Shown: positions 1 to 11,419 of the stretch, piece after piece | Numbering within the stretch: position 1 is the stretch's first letter | How the letters are laid out: each line of letters begins with the position of its first letter | Source: Octopus sinensis | Taxonomy: Eukaryota | Assembly: GCF_006345805.1 (NCBI RefSeq) | Contig: NC_043007.1 | Coordinates: 41,664,001-41,728,000 of the forward strand | Direction of reading: 5' to 3' | DNA length: 64,000 bases | The notes under the pieces: generated by a model | Databases searched by the model: none | Seen by the model: the letters and a program-made list of their open reading frames with translations, nothing else | Told to the model about the DNA's origin: nothing | Position numbers and translations under genes: made by a program

Positions 1-1205
1 CAGTGACGTACAAAACCTACTCGATTTAGAAGGAAAATAATTGAGCACGTGACAATTGAGCAAGTAGAGAAGGCGCTGCGGCCAATCTGGCAAGAAATAA
101 TATATCATACCAGAGGATTGATATTCGGAGAAGTTGAAGTCAGGTTCAAAAATGAAAACACTCAGCAACACCACTAGTACTTCTACCCATGTACCCGGGA
201 CAGAGAGCGTCACGGGTAAGGGTAGAAGGAATTCCACCAGAGACAGATGTGGCCTAGATAGCAGCTCCCGTCTTGGTTGATACTGAGGACAAAATAGCGG
301 TGATCCAGGCCACAGAAACGAAAAGCGTGAATTGGAAAGGCCAAGGTTCGAACATGATAATTCAAGGTTCAAAAGAAACAATAGAAGAAATGGTGGAAAC
401 GGTGACTGTGAGCGGAACCATAATAAATGTTAGGGTAGAGGGCAGAATCCCTCGGCATTTTAAATGTGGCCAGAAGGGCCACATAAGAGCAAAATGCCCT
501 CCACCGGATAAAAAAGTGGAGAAGCCACAAGAGAAGCCCCAGAAAGGACAAGAGGAGGAAGAAATGGTTTCAGAAAAAGTAAAAGAGGAAGAATGGAAAA
601 ATACCTGAAAGAAAAGGGGGAAAAAGACAAGTCCGACACACACACAGAACTTCACCCATCAACTACACAAGGCCCTCCCATACCCTCTTTGTCCCACCTT
701 CGCCCTGCATCACAAAAACAAAAGAAAAGATCACATTTACACAATGACCCACAAACTTACCCTCCCATTGGCTGTTTTGAGTGTGTAATTAATTTATGAT
801 GATGAACTGTTTGAAAAGACAATTGAATGGGAAAATACAGTCCATGTTGATGTAGAGGCTGAGGACGGAGTGGAAGGTATAGTGCTATTAATAACGGAAC
901 AGCAAAGGATGGAAATAGAGAGATGCAAAGGGGAATATTGACTGTGGAAAGTTGACTTTAACAAAGAAAAACTTCCACAGGATATAGAATTTAAAGAACT
1001 TCAAAAAAAGGTATGGGATAAACATAATGGAGAACAGAGGAAAGGAAGCAAGTGATGTTACTTGAAGGGGCAAGTAACACCATTTTCATTTTACATGTTT
1101 CCATCTTTCATTATATCATACATTTTTTTTTTTTATTGCAATTTTTGTATGTCCCCAATGTGATGTATGTCCCTCTTTGTTGGCCCTGCATGGGTAATAA
1201 TAAAA
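1..1205 (+). mobile_element. Degenerate gag/ORF1-like retroelement with zinc knuckle; no reverse transcriptase seen
   Basis: ORF 273-608 contains RHFKCGQKGHIRAKC, a CX2CX4HX4C knuckle with the first Cys changed, followed by a K/E-rich tail. Broken coding-like frames up- and downstream. Ends in an A-rich taataataaaa at about 1195-1205. The window starts inside the element. Confidence 0.55.
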
Positions 1206-1274
1206 TTAATCACATTTGAATTTGTCTGAACGTTTTAAGAATGAATAGATATGGTATATCGTATGGATTATGAA

Positions 1275-1570
1275 GGCGTGTGTCTCAGTGGTTAGGGTTT
1301 TGGCTCACGATGACGAGGTCGTGAGTTCAATTCACGGCGATGCGTTGTGTCCTTGAGCAAGACACTTTATTACACGTTGCTTTTGTCCACTCGGTTAGCA
1401 AAAATGAATAGTACCTGCATTTCAAAGGGCTAGACTTGTCACACTCTACGTTAAGGGGTTCACGTGTTTGTGGAGTGCTCAGCCACATGCACGTTAATGC
1501 CACGAGCAAGCAGTTCCGTTGATAGGAACAACTGGATCCCCGCTTCGTCGTAACCGATGGAGTGCCACAT
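1275..1570 (+). mobile_element. tRNA-derived SINE with CORE-like domain
   Basis: A/B-box-like head (ctcagtggttag ... gagttcaattc) followed by gtgtccttgagcaagacacttt, resembling the CORE-SINE motif. Confidence 0.65.
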
Positions 1571-1824
1571 TGTATGGATTGTTACATGAACTGCGTTTGG
1601 CAAACATCTGCAGAACGATAGATAAAAATGTTACGTTGTGCTTTTTAATATTCTGAGTTCAATTCCTGTCGATCTCAGTTTATCATTCTCTCTTTCTGAA
1701 GTCGTAAAAACAAGTGTCAGTCAAGTACTGGTATCTATATAATTTTCTCTTTGGAAATTTGTGGCTTTGTATTTTTATTTGATAACAATATTCTATATTT
1801 CTCCGAGCAGAACGTTTGCTATCA

Positions 1825-2208
1825 TCTCTCTCTATATAAACGGCAGTTTGTCTGTCTGCGTGTCTGTGTGTCTGTTAGGTTGTACCCTCACCCTGACCAC
1901 GGCTTTCAACCGATTCTGATGAAACTTGACACACACGTAGCCCAATGTCATAATTCAAAACTAACGCAGCGAAAATTTTGAAAAGTTCCCCCAGTTCTGG
2001 AAAAAATCGATAAATTCGACATGGGGTCGACAATCAGAAACACAAACCACAGACTGTCTAGGGGACGCAACTCGACCTTTTTAACTCTCAAAAAAAATTT
2101 ACCATAATTTTTTTCCCATTTTTTTGCTACTTTTTGGCTATAACTCTCTAAAAATGCTTTATAGTTATTTCCCTTACAAACCCGAGCAACGCCGGGCGAT
2201 ACTGCTAG
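1825..2208 (+). mobile_element. Non-autonomous Helitron
   Basis: 5' A|TC start, 3' GC-rich hairpin cccgagcaacgccggg then CTAG|T, no TSD. Homologous to 48156-48452; 3' end shared with 8131-8525. Confidence 0.75.
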
Positions 2209-3019
2209 TCATCTATAAGAGTGCTGAAACTAATGGGCGGAATAGTTGTCACATATAAATCCGAATTTCTTCGAATTTTTTTTAAGTATTTTCTCACGTT
2301 TTATAGCATCCCACATTTCAAAACAGTTGGGAGCGGACATTATTTTTTTTAATTCAGGTTTCCCAAATGTCCCCCCCCCTCACTCTCATATATTAATTTT
2401 ATATGTAGAAGCTTCATCGTTGGCTCATGGTATTGCTGTTAATGTTGTCATGTTGCTGTCGTTGTTTAGACTCAGGACAGTCTTTCATCGAGCACGCTTA
2501 TGATGAAAAGGTGCTCCAAAAGTGATCAACCCCTTGTACTCCTCTCTGTCTTTTTCTCAAATGTTAGGGCTGATTTGAGAGCAATAGTATTAAAGGCATT
2601 CCAGCTGTAACCCTATGTACAAGTAACTCAGTCATATTATCCATTGATTTTTTTTCTAGGATGGCAAGGTGCAGTTTCAGAGACATTTGGTCACTATTTT
2701 TAGCTGGTTTTTAGATCACGTTCAAGCTCCCTCGTTGATTCCAGTCAGATGGTTTTGGTCTCTATTTGGTATGTTGTTGACGTAAGTGTATCAGTACATG
2801 TGGGATCTTACCAGTATACGAAGTTTCAAATTTTTTAGTTAACTAGGAAAATCTGGCCTTCAAAAAGAAAAGATCCGTACAAGGAGTCAATGTACTATTC
2901 TTTTATTTCATTTAAAATAGTTAAAGGGAGATTTTGCTGCTGTTTCTACCAAGTCGAACAACCACTTTATATACTGTCTTGTCAGAGTCTCATGGTGTTA
3001 ATATTTGTGATGACATGAC

Positions 3020-3226
3020 TTGAAATTTTGGCATAAGGCCAGCAATTTCTGGGGAGTGGGTAAGTCGGTTTCATTGACTCCGGTGTTCGACTGGTATTTA
3101 TTTTTATCGACCCCGAAAGGGTGAACGACGAAGTCAGCCTCGGCGGCATTTGAACTCAGAACGTAAAGACGGACGAAATGCCGCCAAGCATTTTACCCGG
3201 AGTGCTAACGATTCTGCCAAGCTCGC
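3020..3226 (-). mobile_element. tRNA-derived SINE (family with gagttcaaat(t/g)ccgccgagg...gcctttcatcc)
   Basis: B-box gagttcaaat. Homologous copies at about 24137-24330(-), 31165-31290(-), 35122-35335(+), 57388-57590(+) and the split copy at 4150-5040. Confidence 0.65.
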
Positions 3227-3469
3227 TGTTTTGATGATGATAGTGACAGCGATGAGGATTACAAGGCAATCAGAAGTGTTTCAGGTGGAAGAATACGAAG
3301 AAAAAAATAAAATAATTTCATTTTAATCGTGGTAAGTACGATAGAAAGGGGAGTGGTGGGTGGGAGCGGGGGTACGAAATGTTTTCTCCAAAAAATGCGG
3401 ATTACAAATGTTTCAAAATATGGTGTACTATAAGAAGATGAAAATAAATAATTTTAGTGGTGGCTGCTG

Positions 3470-4150
3470 TTCGGAAGTGGCGTGGCGGTAGGACAGACTT
3501 TTGCAAAACACGGATTTATTTACTTCTTTTCCAAGTTCTCGGCAAGACTTCCACCCGTTGGAAGTCTTTCCTTCTCGGCAAGACTTCCGCCTCCACCCCC
3601 AAACCACCCTTAAAAAAATTTTTTTCGACATCCTTCCCCTCCCCCTACTTTCAGCTACGGATATACGAATCTGTAAAAAAAATTGGCAAAAATCGGCATT
3701 TTAAAATTACACCCCCATTTTCTTAATTTTAAACATTTTTCAGAATTTTTTTTTCTTCAAACTTTGTGGAAAAATACGGGCATTATGATTCGGACAAAAA
3801 TTTCAGAACATTTCTGTATTTAGGGTTGGGGGGGGGAGTCAAAATTGAAGAATTGGGGTGGTAGGGAATTTAACAATGCCGATTTTTGACAATTTCCGGA
3901 ACCTCCAAAAAAAAAAAACTTTAAAAGTAAACAAATTTGGGAGAAAATGAGGGTGGGGCTGAAGTTTTTCCAAGTTCTCGCCCAACTGTTTTGAAATGTG
4001 TGAACTATAAAATCTGGAAAAATTTCGGAAAAACAAAAACAAAAAAAATGGAACTCCGATTTATATGTATCAGTTATTCTGAAAGTTCGCCGACTGACGT
4101 TGATTGAACAGATAGGAGAAACAGACAGTCACGATCATATATAGATATAT
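3470..4150 (-). mobile_element. Unclassified Helitron/Helentron-like repeat
   Basis: atctatatat-type end near 4150. 3975-4065 is the inverted homolog of 2250-2340 (catttcaaaacagttggg shared). Confidence 0.35.
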
Positions 4151-4219
4151 CTAGAAATTCCACTGAGATCGACTTTGCCTTTCATCCATCCGGAATCGAG
4201 GAAATAAGTACAAGTCGAG

Positions 4220-4957
4220 GGTACTACTTACGAAGAGCGGTCCCGGTGCGCGCACTCCCGCATCCGCGCTAGCTAGTCGTGACTAGTCGATCCTTACTTT
4301 GTGTTTGTGTTTTATTTATTTTGTTATAAAAATATTATTTACTTTGTGTTTTATTTACTTTGTTTTAAAAAAACTGGCGATCTTTCGTCTCTAGTAGACC
4401 TTTCCGTCGATTTCCGTAAAAATTTTTTTTTTTTTTTTACATATGGGCTTGCGGGAACTTTTGAAGTAATGAGAGCGAAAGAGACTAAGAGAAAGCGATT
4501 GTATGACGAGGGAAGTTCTTTTGAAGTTACCGTGCATGGGAGCATTGATGGACATGTGTGTGTGTGTGTGTGTGTGTGTTTGATGGGGTGTGGGAGACAG
4601 ACAGTATGTTGTGTAAGTGAAGTGCTCCTGTTAGTGTGTGTGAAGAGACAGAGTAATGTGTGAAAGAAAGAGATAACTGAAATTTTTTACTCGGTGTATG
4701 TGTATATGTATGTATATTACTTCAAAAGTTCCCGCAAACCCATATGTAAAAAAAAAAATTTTTTACGGAAATCGACGGAAAGATCTACTAGAGACGAAAG
4801 ATCGCCAAAAAATTATTTACTTTGTGTAAAAAAATTATTTATTTTGTGTTTTATTTACTTTGCTAGGTAGTCGTAGGATCGACTAGTCACGACTAGCTAG
4901 CGCGGATGCGCGAGTACGCGAGTGCGCGCACCGGGACCACTCTTCCTAAGTAGTACA
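4220..4957. mobile_element. Non-autonomous Mutator-like (MULE) element nested in a SINE
   Basis: About 250-bp imperfect TIRs (4220-4470 / 4716-4957), 9-bp TSD caagtcgag at 4211-4219 and 4958-4966. Removing it restores the host SINE sequence aagtacaagtcgagtact. Confidence 0.75.
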
Positions 4958-7863
4958 CAAGTCGAGTACTCAGGCCGATGTTATCGATTAGCCGCTCCTG
5001 CAAAAATTAGGCCTTATGTCTACAGTAGAAAGTATATAAATCTTTCGGGATAGATGGATAAGAGTTATGGATGAATAAAATAACACACTCATTAAATTAA
5101 AACAACTGCTTAAAATCAGAAAATTACAAAAACTGAACAATAGCTATAGTGAAAATGTAAAAGCACAATAGTCAAGATTGGGCCTAAACAAGTAAAGATG
5201 CGGTTAGACATTCCAGCCGTGAGCATCTAGTCTTTTCCCCGTCTCTCTTTTCCAATGTATCTATCTAAAAACGCTGGGCTGCTGTGATTTGGGTGGGGGC
5301 CAGATTTGGTTGCTATTTCTAACAGGTGGTGTGACCACTTAGAGATATTGTCGTTGATTAGAAATTAGTATAATGAGAATGTTGATTAATTTTCACTGCC
5401 CCTGCTGTCACCTGGAGAAATATTAGAAAGTATTTTGTTTTTAACAACAATTATAATAAATCATCTTACCTCTCTGTTTTTTTTAAACTCCTTTTTTTTC
5501 TCTTCAACTTCAGTAAATAAATATTCGATAAGAAATAAATCAAATATGTTATTTTAATTCGTTATGAGAAAAGTTTTAAATTCACACGAACTATGATTAT
5601 AGAGTTCACATTACTTTGTATAGTGATAGTGTTTCGATCTGGAGGCTGTCAGGTCAAAAACAGTAAACAAACCGCAGGTTTTTGTCACATGTATGTACAA
5701 AGTTTCCTGTTTCTTGAGAATGAAAGAACGTGTTTATTTCAGTGACGTAGACGCGCAGATAGCGAAGAAATCTCTGAGGAAATCTGAGAGTTTGTTGAGA
5801 AAAATATTTACTGTGAGTCATTTATAGAATTTAAAGTTTTGACCTGAATCTCACCATCTAACCATTGTTTGACAGTTTTTTTACTCACTTTACATTATAT
5901 ATACATAGATATATAAACACACGCACGCGGGTAGGCAGGAAACATGAAATGAATCAATTGTCAACAAAAGGCTTTATCCTTATTAGACAATATATAAGAT
6001 ATTTTGACAACAAGGAAAAAAATTAAAATGCGGTTAAGAAGTTCAGCTTGTTATCATGTCGTTCGGAGTTCAATTTTACTGCGCAGCATCAAAGACAAGC
6101 GTCTGCTATAACAGTTTTCTTTGTAGGTTTGATGGATGGATGTTTAGATAGGTACTATTCTTTTGTCCTGTCAGGTTGTTCTTCCACCTGCTTGGGCGAG
6201 AGCCTGGAGGAGTGTCACCGGTTTAGTCGTTGACAGTTCAACTATAAAAACAAAAAGGACTGGTTTGCTTAATTGATGGTAGCAGATCATTTTTAATGTG
6301 ACCTGGCTGATAAATGTGTCACGCATTATTCATCTTTTATCATTATCCTAATTAGAAATAGTTTTATTACGCTCTAAGTTCAAATCTCGCCCCCAAATTT
6401 CTGGTCTTGTGTGTATATTAGAAATAATTATTTTAATTAAAGATCGTGGGATAATAGATGAGGAAATATCGTTAATTAAACAATCCCACCTTTAAATATT
6501 GTATTTCGTCGTTCAAAGTTCAAATATCACAAGGATCGACTTTGTTTTTCGTACTTGAGGATCTATTAAAGAAAGTACCGGATTTAACCCCTCTGAAATG
6601 TTTCTCTTGCTTCCATGACAGACAACATTATAATTATCAAAATCTCTAACACAAGATCAAGCACCTTAGGGCAGAAGGGAATAATCGATTAAATTGATAG
6701 CTGTCAAATATTTGGTATAGATTTAATTGATATCTGAAGAATGAAAGCCAAATTTGACTTAGACGGAATTTGAACTCAGGGCATAGAGAGATGTAACTAG
6801 ATTCTGCGAAGCTATTTGTCGTACGTTCTTCCAATTCTGCTAATAATAGAAATTATTTATTTCAAACATTAGCATCGATACCAGCAATTTGGTGTGAACA
6901 TGCAATCAGATCATTAGGAAAACTGAGTTAAGGGAAATAACTCGTCTGGACTACTGGCTTGACTAAATGATTCGAGTAGGTGGTGATGTACTGAATGACA
7001 TCTTCCAATTTTCCCTTTTATTTAGAGAAAGAAAACTAAAACCTAGAGCTTGCATTTACCCCACCCATCTCTTTGGAACTACTTCCTTTTATGATTTATC
7101 AATCCATCCCTCATTCTCAATATCATCCCATCCCACTTAATTTTCCACACCAATCACCCTTTTCTGTTTTTTCAGTTATTTCTCCCTCTCCTCTGAACTA
7201 CATCTTAGGACTGCTATATCTCATCTTTAACACAACTTCTTATCTGCTATCATTCTCATCACACTCTCACACCTGCCATTGACAGTCTCTTTCCTTACAC
7301 TCCATAATCACCTCTGTATGCCTTTAACATCCATCTCTCCTTTTCTCTCCCACTCTAAAACCTCACATATCTCCCGATATTAATTTCTTTACTAACTTAG
7401 TATAAACCTTCTTTGGATAGAAGAAAACGTGAATAATTTAAGTATTGGTGTAGCAATATACTTTTTTTTTTCTTTCAATAGTTATTTAAACTCCCTACTT
7501 TTAACGTATAGATTGTGGTTCTAGGAGAAATTTGTGGGGTTATTAATCAAGAAAAGACTTGACATCACAGAATATATATATTAAAAAATTGAAGTTGGAA
7601 TTGTAGCAGATAGAAAAATCGGATTAAAGGGAGGTAACTTATCAAGCCCATTTCATAAAATCAAATATGTTGAGTAACCTCGAGATCTACACACACACAC
7701 ACACACACATATATATTACAAGCAAAAATACTAGTTCTAAAATCTCTCTAAGCGATCAACGTAGTTGTTGTACTAACAAGTAATATTCGTAGTCACTTTA
7801 ACATGGCGGTTAACGATGCACAGCTGCTTGCGAGATATTGCGAGCAGGGGAGCCTACCACCTA

Positions 7864-7941
7864 CTAGCGACGAGACGGACAGACCAGCTTGGTTTCAGGC
7901 TATTTCTGCCTCTCTTCAGTACTGGGGACCCCGTCTGCTAG
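7864..7941 (-). ncRNA. Type I hammerhead-ribozyme-like motif A within a (TA)n/(CA)n-flanked repeat (about 7715-7957)
   Basis: Minus strand reads CUGAAGA-G-AGGC-agaaaua-GCCU-GAAA-CCA-agc-UG-GUC. Extended stem I cuagc..agacgg / ccgucu..gcuag. One extra G before stem II and weak proximal stem I pairs. Confidence 0.5.
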
Positions 7942-8012
7942 AGAAGTGGCTACGAACATATATATATATATATATCTGTAAATGTAATATGTGACAATTA
8001 TTCGGTAGCTAT

Positions 8013-8073
8013 GATAAGACTCCGAGTTTCGGATGCCGAGGTGGAATTCCACGCCGCTATCTCTTCAGTTATC
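8013..8073 (-). ncRNA. Type I hammerhead-ribozyme-like motif B
   Basis: Minus strand reads GAUAA-CUGAAGA-GAU[agcggcguggaauuccaccucggc]AUC-C-GAAA-CUCGGA-GUC-UUAUC. Perfect 5-bp stem I, intact core, GUC cleavage triplet, short near-palindromic stem III. One extra C before GAAA. Confidence 0.65.
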
Positions 8074-8130
8074 CGGCCATCGGAAAAATGCTATGACCCG
8101 TCTTACCGTTTTTATCAATATATATATATA

Positions 8131-8525
8131 CTAGCAGTATCGCCCGGCGTTGCTCGGGTTTGTAAGGGAAATAACTATATAACCATTTTTAGAGATGTAA
8201 AGTATAATAGCCATCTCAATATGGCAAACCACAAAAGGAAGGGGTGTTACTGTAGCTTTTTACGTTCTGAGATTTAATAATAAATTTTTAGAGAGTTACT
8301 TCCCTTATATATGCCAAAAATACATTAAAAAATGGGAAAAATTGATGGTAAATTTTTTTTTAATCGTAGACTCATCGTAGACGCGCGCTAATACCCAGAA
8401 GGGCTCGATATGAATCACGACTATAAGATACCCGGTTTTGGTTAAACTGCACCACAAAATGTGGGAGTAGTTAGGAATCTAAATCGTAGGAGACAGACAC
8501 ACAACTTCTCTTTTATATATAAAGA
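8131..8525 (-). mobile_element. Non-autonomous Helitron
   Basis: Same 3' hairpin + CTAG as 1825-2208. 5' A|TCTTTATATATAA start. Confidence 0.72.
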
Positions 8526-9294
8526 TATATGTATATATATATATATACACACACACACACATACGCACAAAAGGAGAAAGTTGAACGGTCCCACTAACAG
8601 CATAACGTGTAGCCCATAGTTTTTCTTCAATTGTTCTAATTTTCCAGCAGGAATGGGAACTTTTACAAATGTAAAATTTTAATTTTGACGTAAAATACTT
8701 TCCAGTAATTTCAAATTATTTAGAAATATGTAATCATATTTCTTAATTTATAAACAAAGCGAATTTATTTCAGATTCTCTATGCACTGAGAAGTTCAAAG
8801 CCAGTTAAGACTGACTCACCTTTCATTCTTTTCTAGCTGGAATAAGTCAATTCGATTTTCTTATGAAATTAGTTACCTATATAACCAACTTTATTTTCAT
8901 TGGAGCCTCTACAGAGACCTTCCAACAGTTAGAAATAGAATCCACATTTCCCTCAAATCACACTCTAATCTTTAAAGAAAAGGCACATTAGATTACATCG
9001 TCCAGAGTATGCTATTCTCACACAAAAAGACTCCAGAGAAAAATGGATTACTATAGTTTAATTGCTTTTGCTTAATCAGTGCTGTTTTGGAGCTTAATTG
9101 CACTTTGAATTTTCCGTGTTACTTTTAAGTGTTATCCCCCTTGTTTACCAATGACCGAACAGCCTTCATCCTTTTTAAATGATACGCCTAGCAACAAATG
9201 GTATATTATAAAGACATTTATATTTAGAATGATATTATATTTCAAGAGAGAGAAAAATAATGTCGACTGAAACAACAGTGGTCCAAGTTAATCT

Positions 9295-9455
9295 GTCACA
9301 TCTGGATGTGTTGTAAGAAGTTTGCTTCCCAACTACACCGTTTTAGATTCAGTCTCACTGTGTGGTATCTTGGGCAAATGTCTTTTCTCTTATCCCTCAA
9401 CCAACCAAAGCCTTGTGAGTGGATTTGTCAAATGGAAATTAGAAGCCCGTCATAT
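9295..9455 (+). mobile_element. tRNA/CORE-type SINE (gtttgcttcccaac...cttgggcaa...agccttgtgagtggatttg)
   Basis: Homologous copies at about 15195-15345(-), 29368-29520(+), 42478-42615(-), 56990-57150(-). Confidence 0.6.
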
Positions 9456-9609
9456 ATATATATTAGTGAGAAGTTGAGGTTATAAGAGATAATGGTGTCA
9501 TTGAGACCCAAAGGTGTTAGGCCCAAAGGTATAGACAGACCATAGTTAAGTTCCAGATTCAGTAATATTGCAAATAAAGGGTTCAACGTTGGTTCTATGT
9601 CAGCGTGTG

Positions 9610-9750
9610 TATATAAGAATTTTTTGCGTAATAAGATAAAAAAAACTACGGCTGTATAGATATTAGAGCATTAATAGCACTTCTATCTATAAATGCTCCA
9701 ATATCTATACAGCCTTGGTTTTTTATTTTATTATGCAAAAAATTCTTATA

Positions 9751-9752
<2 letters not shown>
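9610..9752. repeat. Imperfect palindrome of about 140 bp
   Basis: tataagaattttttgc...ggctgtatagatatt / aatatctatacagcc...gcaaaaaattcttata arms around a spacer of about 19 nt. Confidence 0.75.
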
Positions 9753-9784
<32 letters not shown>

Positions 9785-9851
9785 TTAGGGAGTAAATCCA
9801 AACTTACAGGGAAAAATTAGATTTAGGATTAAATCCAATTTCACAGTATAA

Positions 9852-10237
9852 ATATAAATTAAATTAGAGATAAAACCACTATTAGGCAAATCAAACAATG
9901 AAAAACATAAAAATAAACATAATTAATATAATATACAAAATATATAAAATTTAAATTATTTAAATTTAAAAGTTTTAATTTATATTTATAAATTTTATAT
10001 TCCTTAAACATTTTTAAAATTTTAAATTAATAAATTATTAAATTTTTTAAATTTTTTAATAAATTTTTTTTTAAATGTTTAAGGGATATAAAATTTATAA
10101 ATATAAATTAAAACTTTTAAATTTAAATAATTTTAAATTCTATATTTTTTATATATTTTGTATATCATATTGTTTATTTTTATGCTTTGGTTTAAGTTTT
10201 TCATTGTTTGATTTGTGGTTTTATCTCTAATTTAATT

Positions 10238-10242
<5 letters not shown>
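9852..10242. repeat. AT-rich palindrome of about 390 bp next to a (TA)n tract
   Basis: ataaattaaattagagataaaaccac..aaatcaaacaatgaaaaac mirrored by gtttttcattgtttgattt..gtggttttatctctaatttaatttat. Inner arms also complementary. Confidence 0.75.
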
Positions 10243-10304
<62 letters not shown>

Positions 10305-11419
10305 TATGCATGAGAGCATGTGTTACTGTCTCCTTGCCTTGATGTTGCATGATGGTTGTAAACAAATGTCATTATGCAATCTGTGTCCTTTGTTTCCAAT
10401 CTTCAAAGACATGTCTGGTCATGGGGAAATATTACCTTGTTTGGATACAGGCGAGGGTTGGCAACAAGAAGATCATCTAGTCATAGAAAATCTGCCTCAG
10501 CAAATTTTATCCAACTGATGTGAGCATGAAAATGTGCTATTAAGATGATGACAAAGATGATGATTAACTCTGCCTTTTATGGTTTTGGGATGTTGATATT
10601 GGTCAGGATGACCTAATGCACAGGCATGGATAAGGTTCTTTTTCTGAGCAACTAGAAAGTGCTCATACATACAAGATTCCCCTCTCCATACTAGCACTGT
10701 TTTCCAAAAGAAAAATTGTTACTTTTACATTGATACAATTTGGCAATGGTCTTCATGGGTGAGTAACATACACTACAGTTCAGGGAAATAAGATTACCCG
10801 AATGTTCTAAGTTTAATCTCCACAAAAAGTGACATTTCAAGAATAGCAAGAGGACATCTAAGAGTCGTGACCTAGGTGGGCCCAGCTCCCTTAGTGCCAG
10901 GAACTAACAGGTGCAAAACACATTCTTGATGGGAATGCTACTGTCTACTCAACCACAAAGCAACATGTCTGATATTCAAACAGGTCTATCAATTCCATCA
11001 TCAAGATTAATACATTTTTTTTTTGTTAAGATGGGAAAGATGAAAGGCAAAGCTAACCTAAGCAGAATTTGAACTCAGACCCCAGAGAATAGGAACAAAT
11101 ACTATAAGGTATTCTGTCCTATGCTCTAATGACTCAACCTATTAGTTATATCAGATACCAGTAATATTCAAGGTCAAATCAAATGACAATGCACTTCCCT
11201 TACGAAAATTGTCATCATAAGTAGCTATATAAAAATAACAATATAAGACATAACTACTTACACAAGTGTTACAAAGAAAACAGAATAGTTAATCTACAGA
11301 CTTAAGCTTTCCAGCATCACCCAATAAGATAGACACAATTGAAGTGAGGATGCACTAAGATTATGAATATAGTAACTGATGATTCTGCAAAAGTCTTGCA
11401 AGAAAGAAAGATAAAAAAA

